NCBI GenBank assembly: GCA_020725385.1 | Contig: DYFC01000054.1 | Span: 58,555-122,554 of the forward strand | Direction of reading: 5' to 3' | DNA from: Nitrospira japonica | GTDB lineage: Bacteria; Nitrospirota; Thermodesulfovibrionia; Thermodesulfovibrionales; SM23-35 | Length of the DNA: 64,000 nt | The notes under the pieces: generated by a model | Databases searched by the model: none | Told to the model about the DNA's origin: nothing | Seen by the model: only the letters and a program-made list of their open reading frames with translations | Shown here: positions 41,601 to 49,475 of the stretch, one piece after another | How the letters are laid out: each line of letters opens with the position of its first letter | How positions within the stretch are numbered: position 1 is the first letter of the stretch | Made by a program: the position numbers and the translations under genes

Positions 41601-41815
41601 CCAAATGTCTCAAGAAAAGCTATAGAATGTCTGTAAGGAGCGAGATTTAAACGATTTGCAATAATTTCGTAGAGGTGCATAAAAATCTTTGATAGAGCAG
41701 TGCCAAATTCACCTTCAATTCCATATGTCCATTCTGGAGTATAATATGGTATTTTACCTGTGATTTCTTTGAGAATAATTTCTTTGTCTTTCTTAACTAT
41801 ATCAGGAATATTCAT
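38612..41815 (-). CDS. Large baseplate J-like protein with an inserted helix-hairpin-helix domain
   Basis: YYTPEW, RLNLAP, FGDEVHGMLPP, YRTGGG..GN, AEGGTDSE, RGRATALDDF, GWQFG. Confidence 0.9.
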   Translation of the reverse strand: MNIPDIVKKDKEIILKEITGKIPYYTPEWTYGIEGEFGTALSKIFMHLYEIIANRLNLAPYRHSIAFLETFGVSLLPPKPSRTPLTFLLSQGTIDNILIPSGTQASAQDKNGKPIYFETETSILATPSKLLNVFSANRNSDEIFNHAISINGVKSSKLFNGLNLQKHILYIGSINVFNIKKATLIINFKNTSIKILKLLSDDNVSWQYGIERIEKKDEKEEKHILWKEFDKTEIDKTSGNILLHKDSDEEISEINLFEIKSRWIRCINKNLNINLFSKIKIGEIGIRSFNAYQTSIDIKKIHGIGDEFYEKLAGEKAAIKIDTITKLLRYSSEEVSELLGCGKYRAENILEAAKKEFYDKKGELKIIEEAGITPDMAFCNDVPVDLSGKIYPFGIKPRLYSTFYMASEEAFSKKGYKVNILLKLIRGIPSSVKNIPKLSWEYWDGETWGLIEGINENMASSPGAFYSTIVNIETKAQECLISILNLPKIQKVKINGKENYWIRVRLVEGDYGCEFKISNSKEIIPSEFNPPQIHSIKLEYFNDEENSPDYLIVENNCEQKSIKESFTPFKPLFDLYPSVYFSFDKKLKKGPLSIFIDIDEKFEYPEDFLPDVRWSYYSEPQGWKELDIKDETKGFTKKGILFFSIDEEMKPASFFGENEKFWLKASITGDFYETEMLPTIKGFYLNSVWASQVQTIKDEIIGSGSDVALQLFKVMNSPVIDISIMVNEINIHSESEMNTLRKSGVTIEEKKDIKGKIIEFWVEWKEVIDFTGSGSKDRHYVIDRLTGIIWFGDEVHGMLPPSGKDNIKVNYRTGGGEKGNLKSGEINKLQSSVASIDKVFNPIAAEGGTDSEDVDSLLKRAPNILKNRGRATALDDFIYIVKESSRDIAKVKILPNLNDKNEYETGWVTVVILPFSTENKPFPTPSLCKKVKEYLLERSSNVASVRVIPPLYIKADTYIEIYSKNIEDAAEIENDARKIISDFFHPLKGGFEFKGWQFGEIPCLSDLYAMLGKIKDVDYIKTLTMTLYSEKGIKIVDITDLNINVKIPDYALIYGGEHKIKVRSKSC

Positions 41816-41817
41816 AT

Positions 41818-42210
41818 CTATTTTTCTTTCAAATAAAATGGATAAACAAGATTAAACCTGTTGTTAGTATTTCTTATTCTATAATCTATATTTATAAGAA
41901 GCTTTCCATTACTAATTTCTTTTGTGTCAATATTAATTGACATTAATTCAATTCGGGGTTCCCATGTAATAAGAGCTTCCCTTACAGTTTTTTCTATTAA
42001 TGTAATAGTAGCGGTATTAACAGAAGCAAAGACAAAATCATGGATTCCGCAACCAAAGTCAGGACGCATGACCCTTTCACCTTTTGAAGTGCTGAGAATT
42101 ATTAAAATTGCTTCTTTTATATCTTCTTCATAAGAAGACTCAGCAATCTTGCCTTCATATGTCACTTGTATAGGAAATTTCCATCCTCTGCCAAGAAAAT
42201 TCTTATCCAT
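41818..42210 (-). CDS. gpW/gp25-family baseplate protein
   Basis: FLGRGWKFP, ILSTSKGERVMRPDFGCG, WEPRI, NLVYPFY. Confidence 0.95.
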   Translation of the reverse strand: MDKNFLGRGWKFPIQVTYEGKIAESSYEEDIKEAILIILSTSKGERVMRPDFGCGIHDFVFASVNTATITLIEKTVREALITWEPRIELMSINIDTKEISNGKLLINIDYRIRNTNNRFNLVYPFYLKEK

Positions 42211-42212
42211 AT

Positions 42213-42506
42213 TTATCCTATTAACACTGTTGTACAACCAATTGAAATAGTATTTGGAGGCCCTGTTTCAATGATTGTATCTCCCTGGCGCACTGCCGGA
42301 AAATTATTAATTAATACTGTCAAACTCCCTATAGCAACTACACCACCTGCATGAGGAACTGTGCCTGATACTAAAGGACATGTATGAAAATCAATTCCAG
42401 CACGCCATGCAGGCATTCCACCAATTAAAACATTTGCGCTCCCTGGCCCTGGACCAAGTGGAGTGCCATGACTTGTCATATCGCCTACTCTTGCCGCTAA
42501 CGACAT
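42213..42506 (-). CDS. PAAR spike-tip protein
   Basis: AARVGD..HG, VLIGGMPAWR, HTCP..PH, VLINNFPAVRQGD. Confidence 0.93.
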   Translation of the reverse strand: MSLAARVGDMTSHGTPLGPGPGSANVLIGGMPAWRAGIDFHTCPLVSGTVPHAGGVVAIGSLTVLINNFPAVRQGDTIIETGPPNTISIGCTTVLIG

Positions 42507-42535
42507 ATAATCCTCCGAGTTTTCAGGGTAAGCTG

Positions 42536-43192
42536 CTAATTTATCTTCACTAGCGCTCCTTGTATTGTTAGTGTTGCTCCTGCTTTTATAGTCATCATGG
42601 AATCTGATGAAATTTCTATAATGTTTGCTTTGATCTTCAATTGCATTCTACATTCAATATTTATAGAATTCTGAACAGAATCTATAGTCATCTTATTACT
42701 GCCTGTTTTATCAACTATTTCTATTTTTTCCTGACCTGATGAATCATCTAAAAGAATTTTATGTCCTGCTTTAGTGTGTATCTCTATCTTTTCTTGAGAA
42801 GATGAATCATTATCATTAAATATAATTTCATGTCCACTCCGTGATTTTATTTTCCTTATATTATTCCCACCATCTTGATTTGATTCAGGAGGCTGAGCTG
42901 TATTATTCCAGAGCGAACCAATAACATATGGATGATTTATATCACCATGTTCAAATGCAATTAGGACTTCATCACCTGTTTCTGGAAGAAAGAAAGTCCC
43001 GCGATTACTTCCTGACATTAAAGTTGCAACACGTATCCAATCTGTTTCATTATTGTCTGAAAGCCACGGGAACCTCACTTTTACCCTTCCCAATCCATCA
43101 GGGTCCTGATTATTTGTTACTATACCCGGTGCAACACCGTACATTCTTCTTTGAGTCTCTGTGCTAATATCAAGAGCATCCAGTAGGCTCAT
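42536..43192 (-). CDS. Baseplate assembly protein V / gp5-like spike (C-terminal half of VgrG)
   Basis: VTNNQDPDGLGRVKVRFPWL, WIRV, FLPETGDEVLIAFEHGD..PYVIGSLW, SRSGH. Confidence 0.93.
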   Translation of the reverse strand: MSLLDALDISTETQRRMYGVAPGIVTNNQDPDGLGRVKVRFPWLSDNNETDWIRVATLMSGSNRGTFFLPETGDEVLIAFEHGDINHPYVIGSLWNNTAQPPESNQDGGNNIRKIKSRSGHEIIFNDNDSSSQEKIEIHTKAGHKILLDDSSGQEKIEIVDKTGSNKMTIDSVQNSINIECRMQLKIKANIIEISSDSMMTIKAGATLTIQGALVKIN

Positions 43193-44280
43193 AACGAACT
43201 CCTCCTGACTGAAAATCTGGTTCTGTAACCATTTGAACTAATAGTATGAACTGTTCCTTTTACATAGTATTTGCCGCTAAATCTTTCACCGAGTTTATCA
43301 AGCTTGATTGTAACTCCCGGCTTTATCTGAGGGATGCCAATACATTCACCCTCTCCTTCTATTAGAGAATTGCTTGCTCTATTTAATTCTGCCACTGCGA
43401 TTGAATTAGCATGTTCCTGAGAAGTTACAGGTATGTTCGTTATAACTCTCCGTATCGTACCAATTCTCTCTTCAGCTATCTGGCTTCCTGTCCGTGTACC
43501 TGGTTCATGTGTTCTTTCATTTCCTGAAGAAGCACGTCCGACAAAAGGACTTGAAGGATCAGCAGGATTATGGCCTCTAACTTCTACCTCAGTTACAAGA
43601 CCTGATGTTTTTAATGTTGGACGAAAACTGATAATATCTTTCCCAAGAGACAATGTAAGTATTTCTGTTGAGTTGTCTCTTGGATTAATAAAATATAGTG
43701 TCTGTCTCTGGACATTAAATTCATAATTAATCTCCTGTGTAAGTCTTAGAAGAAATGAGTAGTATGTCTCGGTACTATTCTTTCTTATAAAGTTTATAGT
43801 TATAGATGAATCATCAGCAACGCAAGACAACTGTGCTTCGTTTGCAATTGTCCTTGCAATATCACTATATTTTTGTCTTATGAATGTTCTTTCAGGAGAA
43901 GACCTCTTAATAAAATCATAAGACATATCCTGACCGCTTACAGTAATCTCTGGAAGTTCACCGGTAAAATAACCTGGTTCAATTGAAGTAATTTTCCCTG
44001 TGATCATTTGTTCGAGATTCCCGCTATATCCAGCCTTAATTATTATTTTGTTGCCTACATTTAATAATTCATGGTCAAGCCATTTAAATTTTTGTGTTTT
44101 CATGTCAAAGCCATCATGCAATGTCATTCTGAAGCTTGCACCTTCATCAAGTTTTTCTTCTATACTTACATCAAGAATAGATTTAGACATATCTGCATAA
44201 AGTTTTTGATTCTCTATCTCAATCTCAAAATAAGGAGCATAGAAATTTGAAGCTGTAAGAGATAATAGTTCTAATGCCAT
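43189..44280 (-). CDS. Phage late control D / gp27-like hub (N-terminal half of VgrG)
   Basis: VTEVEVRG, GEGECIGIPQIKPG, LGERFSGKYYV..VH...GYRTRF. Confidence 0.9.
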   Translation of the reverse strand: MALELLSLTASNFYAPYFEIEIENQKLYADMSKSILDVSIEEKLDEGASFRMTLHDGFDMKTQKFKWLDHELLNVGNKIIIKAGYSGNLEQMITGKITSIEPGYFTGELPEITVSGQDMSYDFIKRSSPERTFIRQKYSDIARTIANEAQLSCVADDSSITINFIRKNSTETYYSFLLRLTQEINYEFNVQRQTLYFINPRDNSTEILTLSLGKDIISFRPTLKTSGLVTEVEVRGHNPADPSSPFVGRASSGNERTHEPGTRTGSQIAEERIGTIRRVITNIPVTSQEHANSIAVAELNRASNSLIEGEGECIGIPQIKPGVTIKLDKLGERFSGKYYVKGTVHTISSNGYRTRFSVRRSSL

Positions 44281-44283
44281 AAA

Positions 44284-44952
44284 TTATTCCTTTGCTGGAA
44301 TTATAATTTCCTGTCCCGGTGATAATACCATCGGATTTTCAATTTCATTTGCATATGCAATTAATCTCCAATCTGCAGGATTACCATATTCCTTTGCAGC
44401 GATTAACCAGATGCTATCACCGCTTTTAACAATATATTTTTTAGTAATATCAGAAGAATGAAGATCAATTTCCCTAACCTGAACATCTACTTCACGGTAT
44501 TCTTTCAAAGTTACATTGAGCGTAGCTCTAACAGGAATTCCTTCCGGAAGAAACATTGTAAACCTCTTTGATACGCGTTCGATAATGCATTGGAAAATAA
44601 ATGCTCCCCATACAAAGAGACAGATAGGAGGAGCGTGCAGATCCGAGTCAATATCCATAAGTCCTTTAGTTATCCCCGGAAGATTGCTGAACATGCTGCC
44701 AGCATCCCAGCCAGTAATTCGATCTGTAAAAATTCTCACATCAATACCTTCTTCATAAGTATCAAAGAAAAGATCAAGGGTTACTGTACGTGCATTTCCT
44801 CTTACAAATTGAAAAACAGGAGAAGCAAGTCCCGGAATGTTTACTTCAGCAAATTGATTGCTTTTTTCAACACTCAATTCTTTCGGATTGAAAAGGAATG
44901 GGACTACAAGCAGTGGATTATCTTTTCTAGTAAGAAAAGCTTTTACCAACAT
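44284..44952 (-). CDS. CIS tube initiator with LysM domain (Afp7-like)
   Basis: FNPKEL, QFVRGN..TLDLFFD, HAPP.CLFVWG, G.PVRA; C-terminal LysM (YIVKSGDSIW.IA..YG..WRLIA.AN). Confidence 0.92.
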   Translation of the reverse strand: MLVKAFLTRKDNPLLVVPFLFNPKELSVEKSNQFAEVNIPGLASPVFQFVRGNARTVTLDLFFDTYEEGIDVRIFTDRITGWDAGSMFSNLPGITKGLMDIDSDLHAPPICLFVWGAFIFQCIIERVSKRFTMFLPEGIPVRATLNVTLKEYREVDVQVREIDLHSSDITKKYIVKSGDSIWLIAAKEYGNPADWRLIAYANEIENPMVLSPGQEIIIPAKE

Positions 44953-45007
44953 CTGTTATTTCCTTTATCTTGTAACTTGAGTACTTGGAAATTTGGACAC
45001 TTATGAA

Positions 45008-46084
45008 TCATGTCAGTCCTCTCCTTTCTCTTTCCAGCCTTATTCTTCTTTCAATATTTTGATAAACCTGATCAGAAATACGATTTATATCAAGATGTTG
45101 TTTTATCGCTACGCTAATATCCCTGGAAGAGTAATGATTTTTTTGTCTCATTGCCTCTTTTGTCTCAAATATAACCTTTTTGATTTCCTCAACCTCATGT
45201 TCCATCTTGCGCTGACTATGGAAATAAACATTATCAATTGTAGTCTTGTAACTGTCTATTTCCCCAAATTTTTTCCTTTCGATAGGAAATCTTCCTGTCC
45301 CCCCTTTCTCAAAGGGGAAACTATTTTTATTGTCTTTTTCTTCTTTATGAAACATGAATTTTTTGTAGGACATTTCAATTGTTTTAGGCATATAATTATG
45401 GGACATGAATTTAGTGTGAGCATCATAGTCTCTGATTCCTATATAGATAAAATTATTCGTTGACATGAGTCTTTGTAGTTGGTGAACAAAAGGAGATTGT
45501 AAAGTGTTAAGAAAAATTCCTCTTAGCCCTCCTTTCCCTATAAAACCATACGAGAATGTGTTTTCAAGAGTAGGGGTATAGTTTATAATTTTTTTCAAAA
45601 AAGGAATGCAGCGAGTACCCCCTTTTTGCAAATAGGGATAAGGTAGGATTTGGGAAAACTTAACTGTTACTGGGTTAAAAATAAGAAAAGGTTTATTATA
45701 TTTATTAAAGTAATCAAACTGCCAGATAACTAAGTTATCAGGTAAATAAGTATTTTGTTTATCTTGGTTACTTGAATTAATGTTTGTTGTTTGATAATTG
45801 GGGATTTTCCTTGCAAAATTTAATTGATTAAACATCCTTAAATAAAAATTAAAATTTAGCCTGAAGTGGTTGTTGATTAGTTCTGTGCGATAAATATTTG
45901 TTAGTTTACTTATAATATTTCTGTCAAATAATCTGAGGAAAACAAGTGCAGGAAATTTGCTTGAGTTTGTGAAAAGTTTATGCTTACCGGTAATTCTGTC
46001 ACAAAAATTTAAAATATAAAAACCAATATGCAATTTTAAAGTTTTATCATTTTTAAATAAGTTAATTTTTTTGTATAATTTCAT
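45008..46084 (-). CDS. eCIS-associated protein with conserved C-terminal helix and repeat-derived middle
   Basis: C-terminal DINRISDQVYQNIERRIRLERERRG, typical of the gene preceding LysM in eCIS loci; the remainder has atypical composition. Confidence 0.6.
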   Translation of the reverse strand: MKLYKKINLFKNDKTLKLHIGFYILNFCDRITGKHKLFTNSSKFPALVFLRLFDRNIISKLTNIYRTELINNHFRLNFNFYLRMFNQLNFARKIPNYQTTNINSSNQDKQNTYLPDNLVIWQFDYFNKYNKPFLIFNPVTVKFSQILPYPYLQKGGTRCIPFLKKIINYTPTLENTFSYGFIGKGGLRGIFLNTLQSPFVHQLQRLMSTNNFIYIGIRDYDAHTKFMSHNYMPKTIEMSYKKFMFHKEEKDNKNSFPFEKGGTGRFPIERKKFGEIDSYKTTIDNVYFHSQRKMEHEVEEIKKVIFETKEAMRQKNHYSSRDISVAIKQHLDINRISDQVYQNIERRIRLERERRGLT

Positions 46085-46145
46085 TTTTTTATTAATTCTT
46101 ATGTTTATTCTTAGTTTTTCTCTAATTTAGCTGGTTCAAAACCTC

Positions 46146-46360
46146 TTTTGATGCTCTTGTAAAAACTTCTGTGTCATTCCTGCGACAGCAGGAAAAAAGT
46201 TTCTTCACATATTGTTACATACAAGTCTATCCAACTTAGGATTCTTTTCCTTAATCATCTGTAACTTTTAATCCCTTTTCGACTTCTTTATTTGTTTTTC
46301 ATATTTTTCTGGATTCCCGCTTTCGCGGGAATGACATATATAATTCTTTCTACCATCAAA
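46146..46360. repeat. MITE/REP-like composite palindromic element
   Basis: Outer tttgatg...catcaaa ends. Inner inverted units are gtcattcctgcgacagcaggaa (46173) and ctggattcccgctttcgcgggaatgaca (46309-46336). Confidence 0.7.
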
Positions 46361-46411
46361 GTAACAGTTCTTCTACTTGTTCAGTAACTTTTAGGAGATG
46401 AACCTTATTAT

Positions 46412-47725
46412 TTAAGTAGTAGTTACCCGCCTTCCAAACACATTAATATCCCGACAAAGATCAGGGGTTCCGCTACCTGCTCCATAACAAGAAGCCTCAC
46501 AAGAAGCTGGCAAACCTTCACTGTATACTCCTCTTGTAAGGTGAACAATTTCATGTAAGATTGTTGACGCCAGAGGCTGACATCCCGGAGAAGAATCTGG
46601 ATGAGTAGGAAAAGACCGACTTCCAATTGTCATTATGTTCGCGGGAATAGAATAACCAGTAGCTTCAGCACAGGCACCGCCAATTACAGCCGAACGCCTG
46701 CAGCGAATATCTAATCCATGTCTAATAAGATTTCTTTGTATTCTGGAACGCCGAGATTCTTCAATACAGTCTGTATTAAAAATCTTATCCAAAGCATCCC
46801 GTGTAGCCATTTCAGCTGTTGCAAACCCAAAATCAGATGGCGAGCAACTACGCCGAACAACAACACTAACTCCTTCTGCTGTGAACCTATAATCTTCAGA
46901 TACAGACCCGCCACCATCTCCTTGTAATTGAATCCTTGTCATATTTATATTTGTGAACCCACTCTGTTGAACAACATGTGTTAACTCATGTGCTAATAGT
47001 TTCTTGCCCTGTGTTGTAGTCGGACTATATCTTCCTGCATTGAAAAATATATCCCTCCCAATAGTAAATGCTTCGGCATTCAACTCATTTGATTTCTTTG
47101 AAGCATATGAGTCTGTATGAAGTCTTACGTGGTTGAAGTCATATCCAAATCTGTTTTCCATGAATGAACGAGTATTGTCATCAAGCCTTTGGCCTGAACC
47201 CTTTTTCGACATTATCTCACCAATCTGTGCTTGCTCATTATTAATAGACGCCGAATTGCCAACCAAGTCAGAACTGCTAAGGTTTAATAGTTGGCCACTT
47301 GGCGATTTAAAAGCTTGACTCCTTTTTTCCATTTTCATTATACTAACTGATACCCTTTCTGCCTCCTCTTCAGCTTTACAACCTGGACAACTGCCACCGC
47401 AGGAACACTTACGGCTTATAGCTAATGGCTTATTGCTTATAGCTGGTTCATGATTGCCTAATGATGACTGACTTAACAGACTTGCAGTAAAATTATTCCC
47501 GTAATTTTTCTGCATAAATGACATTGCACAAGATTCTTTACCTAAAGACTTTGCCTGAGATAGAGCTAAATTCAGACCTTCAGATGATATGTGAGGACTC
47601 CTTAACCTGTGGCATATCCCGCAAGAATTACAGGAATTTGCCTCTATGTTCTTATTTAGTTTTTTGAGAGCAGTATGGTTTATTTTAGCCTTATCGTTTC
47701 TCTCTATCAGAATTCTCTCTTTCAA
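46412..47725 (-). CDS. DUF4157 (eCIS core) protein with C-terminal Cys-rich HExxH domain; putative cargo
   Basis: MQKNYGN, RKCSCGGSCPGC, MENRFGYDFNHVRLHTD..AEAFTIG..LLAHELTHVVQQ, then STILHEIVH...E..CEASC. Confidence 0.85.
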   Translation of the reverse strand: MKERILIERNDKAKINHTALKKLNKNIEANSCNSCGICHRLRSPHISSEGLNLALSQAKSLGKESCAMSFMQKNYGNNFTASLLSQSSLGNHEPAISNKPLAISRKCSCGGSCPGCKAEEEAERVSVSIMKMEKRSQAFKSPSGQLLNLSSSDLVGNSASINNEQAQIGEIMSKKGSGQRLDDNTRSFMENRFGYDFNHVRLHTDSYASKKSNELNAEAFTIGRDIFFNAGRYSPTTTQGKKLLAHELTHVVQQSGFTNINMTRIQLQGDGGGSVSEDYRFTAEGVSVVVRRSCSPSDFGFATAEMATRDALDKIFNTDCIEESRRSRIQRNLIRHGLDIRCRRSAVIGGACAEATGYSIPANIMTIGSRSFPTHPDSSPGCQPLASTILHEIVHLTRGVYSEGLPASCEASCYGAGSGTPDLCRDINVFGRRVTTT

Positions 47726-47779
47726 CTTAAAATCCTCCTTTGCTACTTGGCTACTCAGTATTTTTTAACTTCTTTTTTA

Positions 47780-47862
47780 CTCTATGCTCTCTGCTCTAAG
47801 CTCTATGCTTACAAACTTGGCATCTTGACAACTTGGTTACTCGGAGTCTTGGTTACTTATTT
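47780..47862. repeat. Intergenic 7-mer and 8-mer degenerate tandem repeats
   Basis: ctctatg ctctctg ctctaag ctctatg, then acttggca tcttgaca acttggtt actcggag tcttggtt. Confidence 0.65.
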
Positions 47863-47868
47863 CTACGG

Positions 47869-48303
47869 TTACTCTTTACTAATCCCATGATGTACAATCT
47901 CAATTGTTTCAAATGCTATTGAGCTGCTTTCAGCTTTTAAATCTGGGCCTGACCATTTCACCGGATATGCCTGAACAAAATTCCATCTCCATTTGTCATT
48001 TCCCGCAGAATCAATTAAGATGATAGAACCATTTTTCCTTTTAAATCTTCCAGAAACTACATCTTGATACCATTTCCATAATTCATCAGAATCCGTTAAT
48101 CCACGTTTCAATATTAAATGCTGATATTTTGTTCTTTTTGGAAAATAATGAACATAATCGTTAACTCCACCTTCCTCAATTGCTTCTGTTTCTGTTTCAA
48201 TCTGAAGACCTGAAACATCTGAGAAATAAGCGCTTATGATTCCATTTATTTCAATCCTAAATCTAAACGCTGTAAAGGGATATTTTTTTTCACCAACAGG
48301 CAT
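47869..48303 (-). CDS. Tail tube protein 2 (T4 gp19-like)
   Basis: FRFRIEI, SGL, EGGVN, LKRG, W.F..AYPVKWSGP.L.A...AFETIEIVH. Confidence 0.95.
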   Translation of the reverse strand: MPVGEKKYPFTAFRFRIEINGIISAYFSDVSGLQIETETEAIEEGGVNDYVHYFPKRTKYQHLILKRGLTDSDELWKWYQDVVSGRFKRKNGSIILIDSAGNDKWRWNFVQAYPVKWSGPDLKAESSSIAFETIEIVHHGISKE

Positions 48304-48308
48304 TTATT

Positions 48309-48491
48309 TTATCCTTCCAAAATACTCTTCTTTTCCTCACCACTTATCTTACTGTTTATTTTTGATATTTCCTCGCACCACCTTTGTCTTTCTCTATGTT
48401 CCATGTTCATTATATCTTCATGTTGCCAGTGAAAATGATATGCAATAAAGGCTACCTCCTCATAGATTCTATCGAGGGGGTAGCCTATCAT
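48309..48491 (-). CDS. DUF6760 / P2 gpE'-like small protein (probable -1 frameshift extension of the tail chaperone)
   Basis: YEEVAFIAYHFHW...IMNMEHRERQRW; lies in the -1 frame of the upstream gene with an ATGA overlap. Confidence 0.8.
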   Translation of the reverse strand: MIGYPLDRIYEEVAFIAYHFHWQHEDIMNMEHRERQRWCEEISKINSKISGEEKKSILEG

Positions 48492-48853
48492 TCCCCCGAC
48501 TTTTGTATTTCCACCTCAAATTGATGTTCACATTTTGGACATACTACTTTAATGCCCGAAGCTCCGTTGCTGTTGATTCTGTTATAAAGCTCCTGAAGAT
48601 AAGACAGATCTGATGTAAAGAGATTTTCAATTACCTTTGGATTAATTACATCTAATGTCCCAAGTTTCTTAATAACTCTTGATAGTACTATTATCGAAAG
48701 ATATGCTGGATTTGCTTGCACTCTTGGGTCTTTCATTGGCAGTATCTCATCTGCTGCTGTTGCAAGTCTCATTAGACCATTTTTATGGAGATTTCCTTCC
48801 TCATCAATATATCCTTTTGGAAGCATGAATTCAAATTCTGTTTGAAAAGCCAT
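48488..48853 (-). CDS. Tail assembly chaperone
   Basis: FQTEFEF.LPKGYID..G.LH..G.MRLATAADEI.P..DPRV...DL.YLQ.LY..IN...CPKC; follows the tube gene; GGAGGG RBS fits the ATG at 48853. Confidence 0.85.
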   Translation of the reverse strand: MAFQTEFEFMLPKGYIDEEGNLHKNGLMRLATAADEILPMKDPRVQANPAYLSIIVLSRVIKKLGTLDVINPKVIENLFTSDLSYLQELYNRINSNGASGIKVVCPKCEHQFEVEIQKSGE

Positions 48854-48885
48854 TAACATCCCTCCGTATATTTATATTCTTCAAA

Positions 48886-49329
48886 TTATGAAACCCTCTG
48901 TATACCCTCATGAACAATTTCAAGAGTTTCAATCGCTACATCATTACCTTTAGCGGTAAAGTCAGGAGCATCATATTTTGTAGGCCATGCCTGAATAATA
49001 TTCCACCTTGCCTTGTCACTTCCTACTTCATCAACGAGTATGATGGAAATATTTTTCCTTGCTCCATCTGCTCCTGTATCTATAACCTGCTTCCTCCAGT
49101 TGTATAAATCCATAGAATCAGTAATTCCCCATTTAAGTGTTATATTTGAGTATTTTGTTAGCCCTGAAAGTTTTCTAACAGTTGTCGGGTCAGTTCCTTC
49201 CCTATATTCAATAGGATCTGTAGTGGTATCACCAATAGTGCATTCACTGAATCCTGCTTGGGTGATACCATCAATTTCAACTCTAAATCTAAAATTTCTA
49301 TAAGGGTCTTTTCTTTGCCCAACCGCCAT
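48886..49329 (-). CDS. Major tail tube protein (T4 gp19-like)
   Basis: DPYRNFRFRVEIDG, YREG, ITLKWG, AWPTKY.APDF.A.GNDVAIETLEIVHEG. Confidence 0.96.
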   Translation of the reverse strand: MAVGQRKDPYRNFRFRVEIDGITQAGFSECTIGDTTTDPIEYREGTDPTTVRKLSGLTKYSNITLKWGITDSMDLYNWRKQVIDTGADGARKNISIILVDEVGSDKARWNIIQAWPTKYDAPDFTAKGNDVAIETLEIVHEGIQRVS

Positions 49330-49421
49330 ATATACCTCCTCTTTTAAGTAACAATACTGTTAACAATCCATTATTTATTTGCTTCATTTATGTGTTATTA
49401 CGATTCCCAATTTCCTCATTT

Positions 49422-49475
49422 TCAACCGTATAAACTGTGTAAACCTTGTAAACTATGTAAACTGTGTAAACTTAT
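49422..49475. repeat. 9-mer tandem repeat between sheath and tube genes
   Basis: tcaaccgta taaactgtg taaaccttg taaactatg taaactgtg taaacttat. Confidence 0.8.

Noticed and set aside
44993-45463. 156-aa plus-strand ORF as a real gene
   Set aside because: It lies antisense to the eCIS operon, has no motif, and the minus-strand frame carries the conserved ERERRG terminus.
49422-49475. CRISPR array
   Set aside because: Contiguous 9-mers without spacers, and no cas genes.
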